Part shown: positions 26,848 through 40,902 of the stretch, piece by piece
How positions within the stretch are numbered: the first letter of the stretch is position 1
Layout: the number at the start of each line of letters is the position of its first letter
The notes under the pieces: model-generated
What the model was told of the DNA's origin: nothing
Database searches by the model: none
What the model saw: the letters and a program-made list of their open reading frames with translations, nothing else
Source: Octopus vulgaris
Lineage: Eukaryota
Direction of reading: 5' to 3'
Length of the DNA: 64,000 nucleotides
Assembly: GCA_951406725.2 (NCBI GenBank)
Contig: OX597815.1
Coordinates: forward strand, 180,916,001-180,980,000
Program-made: the position numbers and the translations under genes

Positions 26848-27055
26848 TATATACACATATATAACGCACGCGTATAGACACTTAGTCAGAGACTGTGAAT
26901 TTCCAAAATTTCAATCTGGAAGTGTTTGTGTTTATTTAGACGTTCTGAATTACCATGAGTAATGATTCAACCATTAATTGTTCACTTCTCTATGCGGAAT
27001 TCAGTATAATGTGAATGCGTTTATCACTATTGACCTCCTTCCGCCTAGTTTTCTG

Positions 27056-27112
<57 letters not shown>

Positions 27113-27120
<8 letters not shown>

Positions 27121-27180
27121 ATAATAATAATAATAATAATTATAATAATAATAATAATAATTATAATAATAATAATAATG

Positions 27181-27233
<53 letters not shown>

Positions 27234-27267
27234 TATTATTATTATAATAATAATAATAATAATAATA

Positions 27268-27332
<65 letters not shown>
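27113..27332. repeat. (AAT)n/(TAT)n microsatellite
   Basis: Directly visible. Confidence 0.95.
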
Positions 27333-27333
<1 letters not shown>

Positions 27334-28054
27334 TGAGGGAATATTAATCCTAACTTACAGGGAAAATTCAATTTAGAAATACTAAATCAAATTTCGCACA
27401 GTATAATATATATATATATATATGAATTAGAAATAACCACTTTTTATCAATTCAAAATGAAAAATTAAATTACACCACCTAGAAAATTACATATAATAGA
27501 AATATTAAAAATAAAATAACAATAATATACCGATGATTAAGTAAATTGCAAAAAAAAAAAAAATAAAAACGTATATAATTGGTAGAATGAGTGGATTTGA
27601 TAGACGGAAACTGAAAGAAGCTCGTCGTATATATATGTATATATATCCACATACCCATTATCCTTATATATCCACACACCCACTATTCGTTTATATATTG
27701 TATATACATATATACCAGTCTAGTCATCTATCTATCTACGTATATATTTAAAAAGCGGTTTAAAAAAAATGTTTTTAAATGTTATGAAATCTCTTACGAG
27801 GATGTTACAAGACTTTTTTGGGAAGAAGGTTTACTTTCATTAAATTATTCGAAATGATTCCATATACTCGTTCTGCCTTGGTTTTGCTTTTTCTTCTTAA
27901 TATAATATATACCTGGTCTAATGGAACTCTAATACGGATCCCTAGATCCACCATCAGCTGTGAACTTGGAACATAACGAACGGCCAACTATAGCACTTAC
28001 TCGGCGTACCTCTTCGTTTAGATCACATGTGAACTAAGCTCCACATATTATTTT

Positions 28055-28145
<91 letters not shown>

Positions 28146-28669
28146 ATGTATATATATATACGTATATCTGTATTTACTTAAAGTTTATTTTGACTGACAC
28201 TTTTCTTAGTTCAATCTATCTTCGTCGCCTTTAAATTTCATTGAAGAATAATCCTTATCGTACATTTAATACATACAAATCATAAACTGATTTTTCTTAA
28301 ATGCCAGATTGATACAGGACCATTCACTAAAAATATCAGCATTCGTAGGGTTTTCTGTCCAATGCTGCTGTAGTCTAGCTTCCATCCATCATGCTAAACC
28401 AGACATGTTGCTTTATAACTGTTCGAGGGCACTGCTTATATAATCATCCCTAATATTTATTGAATTTGAGACGGCGAACTGGCAGAATCATTAGCGTGCC
28501 GAGCAAACTACTTTGCAGCATTTCGTCCGTCCTCACGTTCTGAGTTCATTATTTGTAAGCCTAGTATTTATTCTATCGGTCACTTTTGCCAAACTGCTAG
28601 GTTACGGGAACGTAAACACACCAGCATCGGTTGTCAAGCGATGTTGGTGGGACAAGCACAGATACACAC

Positions 28670-28759
<90 letters not shown>

Positions 28760-28976
28760 GTATGTATATATATATATATATATATATATAGATATATACG
28801 ACGGGCTTCTTTCAGTTTCCGTTTAACAAATCCTCTCACAAGACTTTGGTCGGCCCGAGGCTATAGTAGAGACACTTTGCCCAAGGTGCCAAGGGCCTAG
28901 TGCCAAAATTTGAACCCAATATATTTATATTATTGATACGCAGGGGTGAGCACTAGGTAGTGATAATTGAAAATGC

Positions 28977-29256
28977 AATGTTATCAGCCCGAATATGCTT
29001 GATACACGTTCGAACTGGGAAACAAGCCACTCACTCTATTTTCTCACGGAGTATATATCTCACTTGTTGACAAATGATCAGCTCGCAGTGCCACCTACTT
29101 AGACTCAAAGTCTAGGTAAGTGGTGCTGCGAGCTGACCTAAATGTGTACACATCATTTGTCAACAAACAGGATATATTCTGCGTGACAAAACGTAGTGAG
29201 TATCTTTTTCCCCAGTTCGAACGTGCATCAAGTATATTCCGACAGGTAATAACATT
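28977..29256. mobile_element. Hairpin MITE-like element upstream of exon 3 (gene A)
   Basis: Self-complementary along its length. Paralog at 52525-52804. Confidence 0.7.
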
Positions 29257-29411
29257 CCAATATATTTAGACTATTCGTCATCGGTTCCAGTATAACTTTC
29301 ATTGACCACGGACTATGCATGCATGAATGTAAACAGAAATTCACCAATTTTGTTTCACCCTAATTTTCTTTTTAACGCACTTCCTAATATTTGGTTTTAT
29401 ATATTTTATAG

Positions 29412-29507
29412 GCCCTTAGATTTAATGATGCAGAAATAGTTTCATATCTTGAAATGAAAACTCTTCCCGGTTTTCCCGAGATACCAAGCAGTCAGAACAA
29501 CACACAG
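29412..29507 (+). CDS. Cytokine-like gene A, exon 3 (AB loop)
   Basis: ttttatag|GCC...CAG|gtaact, 96 nt, phase 0-0, ALRFNDAEIVSYLEMKTLPGFPEIPSSQNNTQ. Open and 96 nt in both paralogs. Not in the ORF track. Confidence 0.85.
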
Positions 29508-30285
29508 GTAACTCTCTTTTAACTGTTTTATTCCCATCAGAAACCTCAGTACCTGTTCCTTTTAGAATTAGAACATTTTAAAAATTTCTTTATCGCCCAC
29601 AGGGAGCTGAACATAGAGGGTACAAACAAGGACAGTCAAAGTTGCGCACTGTGATCGATCTAATCGACTGGTTCCCTGCCCAAAATATTTCGGGCCTTGT
29701 GCCTTGTGTAGAAAAGAATGAAACGCCCTGGTCGTGCAATTAACGTGCAAGTGGCTGAGCTCTCCACAGACATGTGTACCCTTAACGTAGCTCTCAGGGA
29801 GATTCAACGTGGCACAGAATGTGACAAAAACGGCCCTTTGAATTACTTGTACAACTCATTTCTCCCAGCTGAGTGGACTGGAGCAAATAAAGTGTCTTAT
29901 TCAAGGATATAACACACTGCCGGGAATCGAACCCACGGTCTGCGATCGTGCGCAAATACCCTATCCACTACGTCACGCTCCTTGACTGTTTTAGCTTATA
30001 GTTCTTAGTTCAAATGTTCCGTCCGTACAGCATGTAGAAAAATTAAAATGGGGTTGACCTGGTTCAATAATTACGTTTATTGGAGATGAAGTGCACGAAC
30101 GATACGCCAACTGCTAAATGGCTAATGAATTTCTTATCATTTAATAATGACTTCATTAAAAATCACAAAATGCTTAATAACCTTATCTTAAATTGCATCT
30201 TAAAATGCATCTTAAATTGTGAATTTATGCAAGTATAATCCTTTCTTTACGCGTAATGTATAACGCATAAATATTTCTTTTACAG

Positions 30286-30606
30286 AATAAAAGTGCTTCG
30301 TATAGTGAAGCTTTTGTGGCATTGTCAAAGGTCGCAGTATTCCTGGAACAAATGTATTCCGATGAAGATAATTCAGACATGAAATATGAATTGGATGATT
30401 TACAATCTGAGAATTTCTCACAACTCTGTGAACTACAAATGTGGCTTCGTTCTACCGGTGTAAACGAAATGTTTGAGACACCTCGTTCTGTCATGTCCCA
30501 TAAACTACGTCATGCTGGAAACACATTTAAAAGATATGAAAGAGATTTCGTAGTTATTTCCAGATATGGAAAGCTGCTTCGTCGCTATCAGCATTATTAT
30601 AATTAA
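30286..30606 (+). CDS. Cytokine-like gene A, exon 4 (helices B, C, D and stop)
   Basis: ttttacag|AAT AAA AGT... encodes NKSASYSEAFVALSKVAVFLEQMYSDE...LCELQMWL...RYERDFVVISRYGKLLRRYQHYYN*. In frame with ORF 30316..30606. Confidence 0.9.
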   Translation, partial: NKSASYSEAFVALSKVAVFLEQMYSDEDNSDMKYELDDLQSENFSQLCELQMWLRSTGVNEMFETPRSVMSHKLRHAGNTFKRYERDFVVISRYGKLLRRYQHYYN

Positions 30607-31416
30607 TTGAACAACCCCGTTATATTTTCTTTTCCACCAAACACAAATATCACCCTCATTCAAGAATGGATATCTAAATATTGGATTATATTAATCTGAA
30701 GTATATTCATAGATATTATTTTTCAAGAACATTAAAAATAACAGAACATATCTCATTCAACATATCATACACAGTTCAAACTTAACTGGTTTCAACTACA
30801 AAATTTTATAAATTACTAAATTATTTAAATATATTTAAATTTATATATTTTTTCCACAATTTGCCTAGCAAAATATGCTAAATTTCCATATTTCATATCA
30901 AAAATTTAAATCGAGACATACGTCTGTTTATTGTTAATATTTAAAATATTTAAAATATATAAAATATATAAATTGTAAGGATTAAAATCTTACAGCATTC
31001 CACTCGAAACATTCCTGACGTTACTTGGTTGGTTTCTTTGAATAACGGTGCTCGTATATCTCCAAATATGCTGCTGCTTTTAAAGAATAACAAGATATTA
31101 GGGCAATATATAAGAAATCTAAATTTCCTATTGAATATTTATAATTTATACTTTCTCGTAAAGGTGTGAATCTCACAAAAGCTTTTTAAATAGCATTCTC
31201 ATACCGGTGCTTTTATATAATTATTTATTATAATTTATGCTTTTAATTTATATTAAATTTTTAACACGTCTTTGTAATAGACTGTATAATGTCTCTCCAC
31301 CCACCCACCCCACTTCATTTTTATATAACCTTGTTCATTCCAACCCCACATGTTTCGTAACCCCTGTCTGTAACGGTTTTATTGTATGTATGAAAAGGCC
31401 TGTAGGCCATAATAAA
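30607..31416 (+). promoter_or_regulatory. AU-rich 3'UTR of gene A with candidate polyA signal
   Basis: About 9 ATTTA pentamers including TTATTTAAA (30821) and TTATTTATT (31221). AATAAA at 31411 is followed by a GT-rich tract. Confidence 0.55.
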
Positions 31417-32689
31417 AAAATAACATTGTTATTGTTGTTGTTATTGTTATTGAATATTGGTTTCAAATTTTGGCACAAGGCCAGCAATTTCGGTCAAGGG
31501 GCCAAGCCGATTATATTGACCCCATTGTTTAATTAGAACTTATTTTATCGATCTCAAAAGAATGAAAGGCAATGTCGATTCTGGAGGAATCTTTGTTCAA
31601 TATTAAAGAAGAAAACACGTTTGATTTCGGGGTCTGTAAAATCTCGGCAATTTTCGCTCATTTTATCTAAATAGGGATACATTTTTGTCGAACTTATGTC
31701 ATTTTGACCGAGAAATCGTGTCTCTTCCGTTTTGTCAGCTACCTGTCTTGCCCAAATTTCCTGAATTGACGGAATTGTCTCTTTTTAAATTTCATATTTG
31801 AAAAATTTGCACGTTTTTGAAAAACAAACATGGATTCGTGTAACGGAATCATAATGTTCATCATCGGAAAGGTGCACGGAGCTTCCCACCAACCAAGAAA
31901 TGGTATTAAGGCGGCGAGATGGCAGAAACGTTAGCTCGCCGGGCGAAATGCGTAGCCGTATTTCGTCTGCCGTTACGTTCTGAGTTCAAATTACCAGTTA
32001 CACACTGGGGTCGATGTAATCGACTTAACCCCTTTGTCTGTCCTTGTTTGTATGTATGTATGTATGTATGTATGTATGTATGTATATATGTGCAGATTTG
32101 TATGTTTTATGTATATATTCTCATGCATATACTTGCATATCTAGATACGCTCATATATATTTAAATGATAAACTTCTGGAAAGTTTTACAGATATTTACA
32201 GTTCCAGTGATGTATTGGATTTGTAGTCTTCGAATTAGCTTTCTCACTTTTGGTGTTGAGAAGCCTAATTTCTCAAGATTGGTATTTAGGCAGTGTGTTA
32301 CATATACCAGTGCCCCGATAATTACGGGTATAAACTTGAACTTGTAATCAATAGTTCAGCTTAGGTGTTCTCTTTTTCACTGACCTTCAGCTTTATGTTA
32401 ACATCCGCTGAGCAGCTAATTTCCACAACTGTGCACAGTTTCTCTTCTCTATCCCATATCATTGTATGTATGTATGTATGTATGTATGTATGTATGTATG
32501 TATGTATGTATGTATTGCTTTCACAGCATATGCCTAGAAGCCGTAGAAGTCTTTCCAACGGGATAACATATAGGGAAGATAACTAAAATTATAGATTCAT
32601 TAGTTACTTCCCTTGAAACAAGTCCCGTCACAAGATATAGAACTTTAAATCCGCATTAACTCCCGTTAATTATGTCGCACGCGCGCTCG

Positions 32690-32866
32690 CTCACTCATTC
32701 ACTCACTCATTCACTCACTCACTCACTCACTCACTCACTCACTCACTCACTCACTTACTCACTCACTCACTCACTCACTCACTCACTCACTCACTCACTC
32801 ACTCACTCACTCACTCACTCACTCACTCACTCACTCACTCACTCACTCACTCACTCACTCACTCAC
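32690..32866. repeat. (TCAC)n microsatellite
   Basis: Directly visible. Confidence 0.95.
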
Positions 32867-33705
32867 TATCGCAAGTACGCACATACGTACATATTCTTTT
32901 ATTCAATTATTCTTTTACTTGTTTCAGTCATTTGACTGCGGCAATGCTGGAGCATCGCCTGTAGTCGAACTTATCGACATCAGGACTTATTCTTTGTAAG
33001 TCTAGTACTTATTTTATCGGTGTCATTTGCCGAACCGCTAATTTTACGGAGACGTAAATACACCAACATCGGTTAAGCGATGTTAGGGGGACAAGCACAG
33101 GCAAACATATACAAACATACAAAAAACCACACACACACACACACACACATACACACACTAATATATATATATATATATATACATACGCCGGCTTCTTTCA
33201 GTTTCCGTCTACCAAATCGACTTACACGGCTTTGCTCGGCCCGTGGATATAGAAGAAGATATTTGTCCAAGGTACCACGCTGTGGGACTGAACCCGGAAC
33301 CATGTGATTAGTAAGCAAGCTTCTAACCACACAGCGACGTCTGCGTCTATGTTATATGCAATGTTATCAAATACATATACACAATTCAAAGAAAGAAAGC
33401 GTGGAGAAATATTTGAATACTAAATTTATTCAAACATCACGAGATTAAAACGAATTACTTTAAACGCTTTTTCGTCTCCCGTTTCTGTGTGTGTGTGTGT
33501 GTGTGTGTGTTGTGGGGGTTCGTCGCAGTCACTGAGATATGCAAGTTTACGTGGATGAGATTGAGCAAGGGCACTGGACAGGTAGAAGAAGGGCAATTGA
33601 GCTCCCCTCACGTTCTCCCGATTTAACACCTGACGACTTTTAATTACGGGTCACCCTATAGGATACAGTTCTATATTTAAGAGATGAGGAATTATGTACA
33701 TTGTT

Positions 33706-34082
33706 TACATTATTTACATTTGACGGATATTTGTCCTCATCTTGTTTGTTGTTTTAACACAACGTTTCGGCTGATATACCCTCCAGCCTTCGTCAGGTGT
33801 CTTGGGAAATTTCGAACCTGGGTTCTCATTCCTAAGGTATTTTTCGAAGTTGTTATTATTATTATATTATTATTCAGGTCACTGACCCCAAGATTCCGAG
33901 TTCGATTCCAAGCAGTGACCTGAATAATAATAATAATAACATCGTAAAATACCTTATGAATGGGAACCCAGGTGCGAAATTTCCCCAAGACACCTGATGA
34001 AGGCTGGAGGGTATATTAGCTGAAACATTGTGTTAACAACAAACTAGACGAGGACAACTATCCATCAAATGTAAATAATGTA
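33706..34082. repeat. Long inverted repeat (Penelope pLTR-like)
   Basis: 33706-33881 pairs with 33914-34082. Contains CTGA(C/T)GA...GAAAC. Confidence 0.85.
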
Positions 34083-34892
34083 AATAATGCACCGTAAAAG
34101 ATGTTTTGCATCGCAGAAAACCGGCTACACTGACGGCCCTTTGGGAAGAAATCGAAATTGTATGTGCAGTAAACCCACAGGACACTTTGGTCAACGTTGC
34201 CCAAGTAGCAGTTCACAGCATTAATAAGTCTGGACGTTAATGACCACTGCACTGAGCACCACACCTGAACACACACACACACACACACACACAATTGTCA
34301 TTTGGTAGAAATTAAGTATTACTCAACGGTCGAAAGTTTCGAGAATGGCACTTGTTAAAACGCAAGAAATTCTCTGACGTGAGTCACTTTGTAACTGTTA
34401 GCGACAGTGTTTTATCAAAAAGTGAACTCTATACAGATGAACCCATCTCTTAATGTTGCTGCCCAAACGAATAACAAAACCAAAAAGGAGCGATTGGTAC
34501 GACAACGACTGCTATGAAATTATTTACGCACACTACAACGCAACACTTCTTAAAAATATACAGTAATAAACTCATACAGTGAATACCCACTAAAAGGAAT
34601 AAACCGAACAACATAAGCCAGAAAGGCCCGACAGCCAGCAGAACACAACCTGCACTGCACAAACAACACGCGATTCAAATACTAATACAACAGAATACTG
34701 AAACCAAACCCCATAATAAAACATACTAATGCAATACAATACTCTCCCCATCAAAAAAAAAAAAGGAAGTGCTGCACACACCTCACCAACAGGAAAGTGA
34801 AGCAAGTGATGCAATAAAATGTTACTTGAAACTACCAGATGTTGAATAATAATAATGGTGATGACGATGGTGATGAACGTTACTTTACCTCA

Positions 34893-35281
34893 GTGGAGGC
34901 GCAATGGCCCAGTGGTTAGGGCAGCGGACTCGCGGTCATAGGATCGCGGTTTCGATTCCCAGACCGGGCGTTGTGAGTGTTTATTGAGCGAAAACACCTA
35001 AAGCTCCACGAGGCTCCGGCAGGGGATGGTGGTGATCCCTGCTGTACTCTTTCACCACAACTTTCTCTCACTCTTACTTCCTGTTTCTGTTGTACCTGTA
35101 TTTCAAAGGGCCGGCCTTGTCACTCTCTGTGTCACGCTGAATATCCCCGAGAACTACGTTAAGGGTGCACGTGTCTGTGGAGTGCTCAGCCACTTACACG
35201 TTAATTTCACGAGCAGGCTGTTCCGTTGATTCGGATCAACCGGAACCCTCATCGTCGTAACCGACGGAGTGCTTCCACCAC
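34893..35281 (+). mobile_element. tRNA-derived SINE, family 1 (tail type b)
   Basis: Same head as 392 but a different 3' half. TSD actttacctcagt at 34882 and 35282. Confidence 0.85.
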
Positions 35282-36875
35282 ACTTTACCTCAGTTTATGA
35301 GGGTCAAGACAAACTCTGCTAGTCGGGCAATGCTATCGGTGAAAGTTCCACTATGTTTTTAATCATTGCCATTTCGGTGATGAAAAAATTCGGGCATTGC
35401 TTTCGCTGGGTAGTACCCGTCTGCAAATATGGCTACATGGAATACTATGGTTGCCTGTATGTGTGGGGGAAGTGTGTGTGTGTGTGTGTGTTTATGTGTA
35501 TGTGTATGTGTGTATGTGTGTGTGTGTGTGTTATGTGTATGTGTATGTGTGTGTGCGTGTATGCTCGTATATGTTTGGAGGCATACACTTGTGCATATAC
35601 TTGTATAAATATATATGTATACATACCTGCAGATTTATATGTATGTACACGTTATGTGTTTACATATGAATATACACGTGTATATATTTATATATATTCA
35701 CTTGCGAGTGTAGATGTTTATAAATATAAAAAAAATATGTATATAAGTACACACACATAAATGAAAAGAGAGAATAGCAATATTTATTTATTTATTGACC
35801 ACAGGGGGCTAAACATAGACGGGACAAACAAGGAGAAAGTGATTAAGTCGATTGGATCGACCCCAGTACATAACTGGTAATTATTTAATCGACCCGAAAG
35901 GATGAAAGGAAAATAGACCTCGGCGGCATTTGAACTCAGAACGTAACGGCAGACGAAATACCTATTTCTTTACTACCCACAAGGGGCTAAACACAGAGAG
36001 GACAAACAAGGACAGACAAACGGATTAAGTCGATTATATCGACTCCAGGGCGTAACTGGTACTTATTTAATCGACCCCGAAAGGATGACAGGCAAAGTCT
36101 ACCTCGGCGGAATTTGAACTCAGAATGTAGCGGCAGACGAAATACCGCTAAGCATTTCGCCCTGCGTGCTGACGTTTCTGCCAGCTCGCCGCCTTTCGCA
36201 CGTGTATATTTATATAAACTAGGAGCCAGAAAATCAATATTAATATCAAAAGATAATATTTATCCTCACTAAAAAGTTGATGCTATCTTAGAACACAGAA
36301 CCCTGCTTTACGTATCGTGAGACGACCTCTCATCATATGGCCTTGTAGTGTATATAAACATTTGGCTGATATTTCTAGCAACGTGTACAACCGTTCTGTC
36401 CTTCTTCGGTGCATCTGAGACTTCTCTGGCTCGAACCAAGAGGAGAACCGAAAGTGAAAATGGGAAAATTAGCTTAGGTATAAAAAAAAAACCGAACCCA
36501 AAATTATATTGATGTTCTTCACACTTAAGAGTCTTCAGTTATTTTTGCCATAATTCCATTTTTCCTTTTTAACCCCCCCCCCCCACTTTTTTTTCTCTTT
36601 TCTTTTTCCTTCGACTCCGTTTTATTTTTCCTACATTCTGAAGTCTCGCCGCTTGAAACATCCCAGTTGTGGGTTCCATAACTTTTATGCTAATATTTTC
36701 ATCATTCTTCTTCTTCTCTTTCATTTCGTCTTTTTCTTCTTCTTCTTCTTATGCTGTGGGTATTCCGAGTTATGAAAGAATTAGGTCATTATTTTTGTTT
36801 TGGTTTTAGCAGTCTGCATGCAAGCTGCCTCCATCACTGGAGAGAAAACGTGAGTGTGTGTGTGTATGTATTGGC

Positions 36876-36923
<48 letters not shown>

Positions 36924-37499
36924 TAAAACATATGCATATATATAAACATATATGTACGTACCTACCTCTAGATGTACATATACACGCATATATGAGTACA
37001 GGACACCAAAAGGACGTCGAACACAATGAGAAACGAAAACATAGACACAAACCAAAGGAACTGGACATTTTTTTAAACAACAACAAAAAAATAGAGTACA
37101 GGACAATTAACACAAAGAAAAAACCCTTCTTCAGTCGCTATGGTTTAATATACTCTACGTTTCGAAGGATAAAAGCGAGACGTATCTTCGACAAGAAACT
37201 TTCCTTCCTGCGAAAAGCAAATCAATTAAAATTCTGAGATCTTTTCGGAGAGGGGTAAAAAATGGTAACAAAAGCAGGACAGTAACGACAGTACAAATTA
37301 TAAACAGTAAAAGACAGGTAAAGGAAAAACAAGATAAGAAGGGCTGTTAACGCCGAACAAAAAAAAGTATTGCGAACGCGGAATTTTTTATGAACGACGA
37401 GCGGAGCAAAAAGAATGTCGTCCATTACCTTGAGAGGGCCAGGCCAGAAAGACAGCGGCGGAAGTCTCGTCGCGGGTGATATATATATTTATATATATT

Positions 37500-37531
<32 letters not shown>

Positions 37532-37540
37532 TATACATAC

Positions 37541-37606
<66 letters not shown>

Positions 37607-37919
37607 GTATATAAGTAAATAAATGGAGTTGAACGAAGATGTAATTAAAATTCTTTTGGTTTCGACATATGTTTCGAAGACAACTTGGTTTTATTCAAAA
37701 GAAATAAACGGTGTAAAATGCAATCTTCTTATCAAGAAAGAAAGAGAGCCTATCTCTTTTTTTATTGCTTCTTTAATTGCTTTTTTAATTGCTTTTTTCA
37801 ATAGCTTTTTTCAATTGCTTTTTTACTTGCTTTTTTAATTGCTTTTTTATTTGCTTTTTTTTAATTGCTTTTTTTAATTGCTTTTTGTAATTGCTTTTTT
37901 AATTGCTTTTTTTAATTGC

Positions 37920-37951
<32 letters not shown>

Positions 37952-38964
37952 AATGATGCTGATGGTGGTGGTTGTGATGATGAAGACGACAGTGATAATG
38001 ATGATGACGATGACGATAACGACGACGACGACGACGATGATGATGGTGATAATGAAGACGATGACGATGACGATAACGACGACAACGACGGCGATGATGA
38101 TGATGATGATGATGGTGATAATGATGATGGTGATAATGATGATGATAATGATGATGATGAGGATGATGATGATGATGGTGATGGTGATTATATACATCAG
38201 TGGTTCCCAACCTTTTCTCTATCGAAGACCTCTTATATTTAAATGAGTTTTCTCACAGACCCCAGGACGTTGAAAGGTCCACGAAGCCCCCCCACTACTA
38301 TCTTTGCGGACTCCCCCAATGAGTCCATGGACTACCCTTAAAGATGATCAATTAATTATCTTTTTCTATAAGGGCGGGGAGGTGGAAAAATAGTAGAAGA
38401 ACATAAAGAGACAGTAAATATACCCTTCACACGGGATTCTGAATGGCCTCCGCAGATAGCTGCGGAGGTCATAAGGTTTCCCTTGTGGGAAAGGCTTAAA
38501 GGATTTGGGGAGGAGTGTCACATATGGCCGGGTGGCCCTTACACGACTTATATGTCCTACATGAGTGAGGCATGGGAAATGGCGGGATACAGGAACTCAA
38601 GCGGCATTGAATAATGATGAATATATCGATGGATATATCGAAGAGTAGGAGGTGAAAGACCCTCGTTATAGGGTTTGAAACCTCATCTTATTGTATTATT
38701 TGTAGTGTTTATAACCTCAATTGTGTGTTTAAAAAAAAACATGTTAAGTAAGAGGTTTTAGTGCCTCCTTCTTGTAAGAGCTTTGAAACCTCATATTGAT
38801 TTTTAAAAAGAGGAAAATATGTTTTTCGACAAAAATCCAATCGGCGGGTGTTGGGTTTCGTCTCTCACTTATTCGTTATATTTCATTTTCATTCATTAAT
38901 GTGTTTGTCCAGCCCGCAAAGCTGCACACTCTTTGTGTCTATGATGATAAATTTTATGAAATAA

Positions 38965-39410
38965 AGTAGCTTGCTTACCAACCACATAGTCTCGGGTTCA
39001 GTCCCACTGCGTGGCACCTTGGGCAAAAGTCTTCTATTATAGCTTCGGGTCGACCAAATCCTTGTGAGTGGATTTGATAGAAGGAAACTGGAAGAAGCCC
39101 GTCGTATATGTATATATATAGGTATGTGTGTGTATATGTTTGTGTGTGTGTGTGTGTTTGTGTCACACCCAACATCGCTTGAAAACCGATGCTGGTGTGT
39201 TTACATCCCCGTAACATACATACATATATATTGTGTATGTGTGTTTGTGTGTCTGTGTTTACGTCCCCGTAACTGAACAGTTCGGCAAAAGAGATCCGAT
39301 AGAATAAGTACTAGGTTTACAAAGAATAGGCCCTGGGGTCGATTTACTCGACTATAAAGACAGTGCTCCAGCATGGCCGCTGTCAAATGACTGAAGCAAG
39401 TAAAAGAGTA
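38965..39410 (+). mobile_element. SINE family 2 abutting the promoter of gene B
   Basis: Paralog of 20868-21297, 5' truncated. Confidence 0.8.
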
Positions 39411-39411
39411 A

Positions 39412-39635
39412 GTCTGTCATCGAGAACTGAAAGTTGTTTGCATCTTTCCACTTGTGGCGGATGTGGACGGAAATTGTTCTTTCAGTTTCCGTAATGACAT
39501 CATCAGCCATCATCATATTGTCTTCCGAAAAGGTATTTTGATGAAAATTTACTTTCATTTGTGTCATGCGTTTAATATGAATTTCACATCTTGAGTTGGT
39601 ATATATATGGGGGAATTTGTAAGGATGAAGCAGTT
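39412..39635 (+). promoter_or_regulatory. Proximal promoter of gene B
   Basis: Paralogous block: TTTCAGTTTC 39480, TGACATCA 39495, TATA about 39600, GCAGTT 39630. Confidence 0.62.
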
Positions 39636-39754
39636 GAACGTAAGGCTCACGACACGAGTACACATTAACAAGTGTTGTAAGTACAGAGATAACTTATCTG
39701 AAAACTTTATTATTCTCATCACCGATACACAACTTTTGAAGATAGAATACAAGA

Positions 39755-39776
39755 ATGGCATTCGAACTGTTCAAAG
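39755..39776 (+). CDS. Cytokine-like gene B, exon 1 (MAFELFK-G)
   Basis: ATG GCA TTC GAA CTG TTC AAA G|GTACGA, paralogous to 21641-21662. Confidence 0.8.
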
Positions 39777-40514
39777 GTACGATTAAGTGTTTTCTAATCT
39801 TTATTTAATTTTTGCGATTGCTTTCTTTCTTGTTTTCATTTTGTTCGATTGTTCAGGAGAAAAAGTCTGTTCCCATGGTTTTTTTTCTCAGGCCCTCTGA
39901 GACCAGTAAAATTGGCAAGGTTAAAAATCTTGCTCGATTGATGCCTGTCAACATTCACAGGAAAACGAAAAAATAATAATACCCTTATAGAGCAAATTGT
40001 CCAGGGGTCCGAAATTATAGGAAAACAAAGCAAAGCAAACAAACTAGTTGGCGGATATTGCAAATGTATGTATGTATGTATGTATGTATGTATGTATGTA
40101 TGTATGTATGTATGTATGTATGTATGTATTTTTATTTATGTATGTATGTATGTATATATTTATTTATTTATATATGTATGTATATATATTTATATGTGTA
40201 TGTATATATATTTATATATGTATGTATATATATTTATATATGTATGTATGTATGTATGTATATCTATTTATATATGTATATACATATATCTATATATGTA
40301 TGTATATATATTCATATATGTATGTATATATATTTATATATGTATGTATATATATTTATATATGTATGTAGGTATGTATATCTATTTATATATGTATGAA
40401 TGTATATTTATATATGTATGTATGTATATAAATTCATATATATTTATATATGTATGTATGTATATATTTATATATGTATGTATATATATTTATATATGTA
40501 TGTATATATACTCT

Positions 40515-40902
40515 CTTTTACTCCTTTACTTGTTTCAGTCATTTGACTGCGGCCATGCTGGAGCACCGCCTTTAGTCGATCAAATCGACCCCGGGACTTA
40601 TTCTTTGTAAGCCCAGTACTTGTTCTATCGGTCTCTTTTGCCGAACCGCCAAGTGACGGGGACGTAAACACACCAGCATCGGTTGTCAAGCAATGCTAGG
40701 GGGACAAACAGAGACACACAACCCCCCACATATATATATACATATATACGACAGGCTTCTTTCAGTTTCCGTCTACCAAATCCACTCACAAGGCATTGGT
40801 CGGCCCAGGGCTATAGCAGAAGGCACTTTCCCAAGATGCCACGCAGTGGGACTGAACCCGGAACCATGTGGTTGGTTAGCAAGCTACTTACCACACAGCC
40901 AC
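40515..40902 (-). mobile_element. SINE family 2 in intron 1 of gene B
   Basis: High similarity to 6270-6692. Confidence 0.85.

Noticed and set aside
31237-31536. Duplicated ORF MLLIYIKF... (also 56393)
   Set aside because: It lies in the 3'UTR/flank, and a frameshift in an A-run truncates the paralog.
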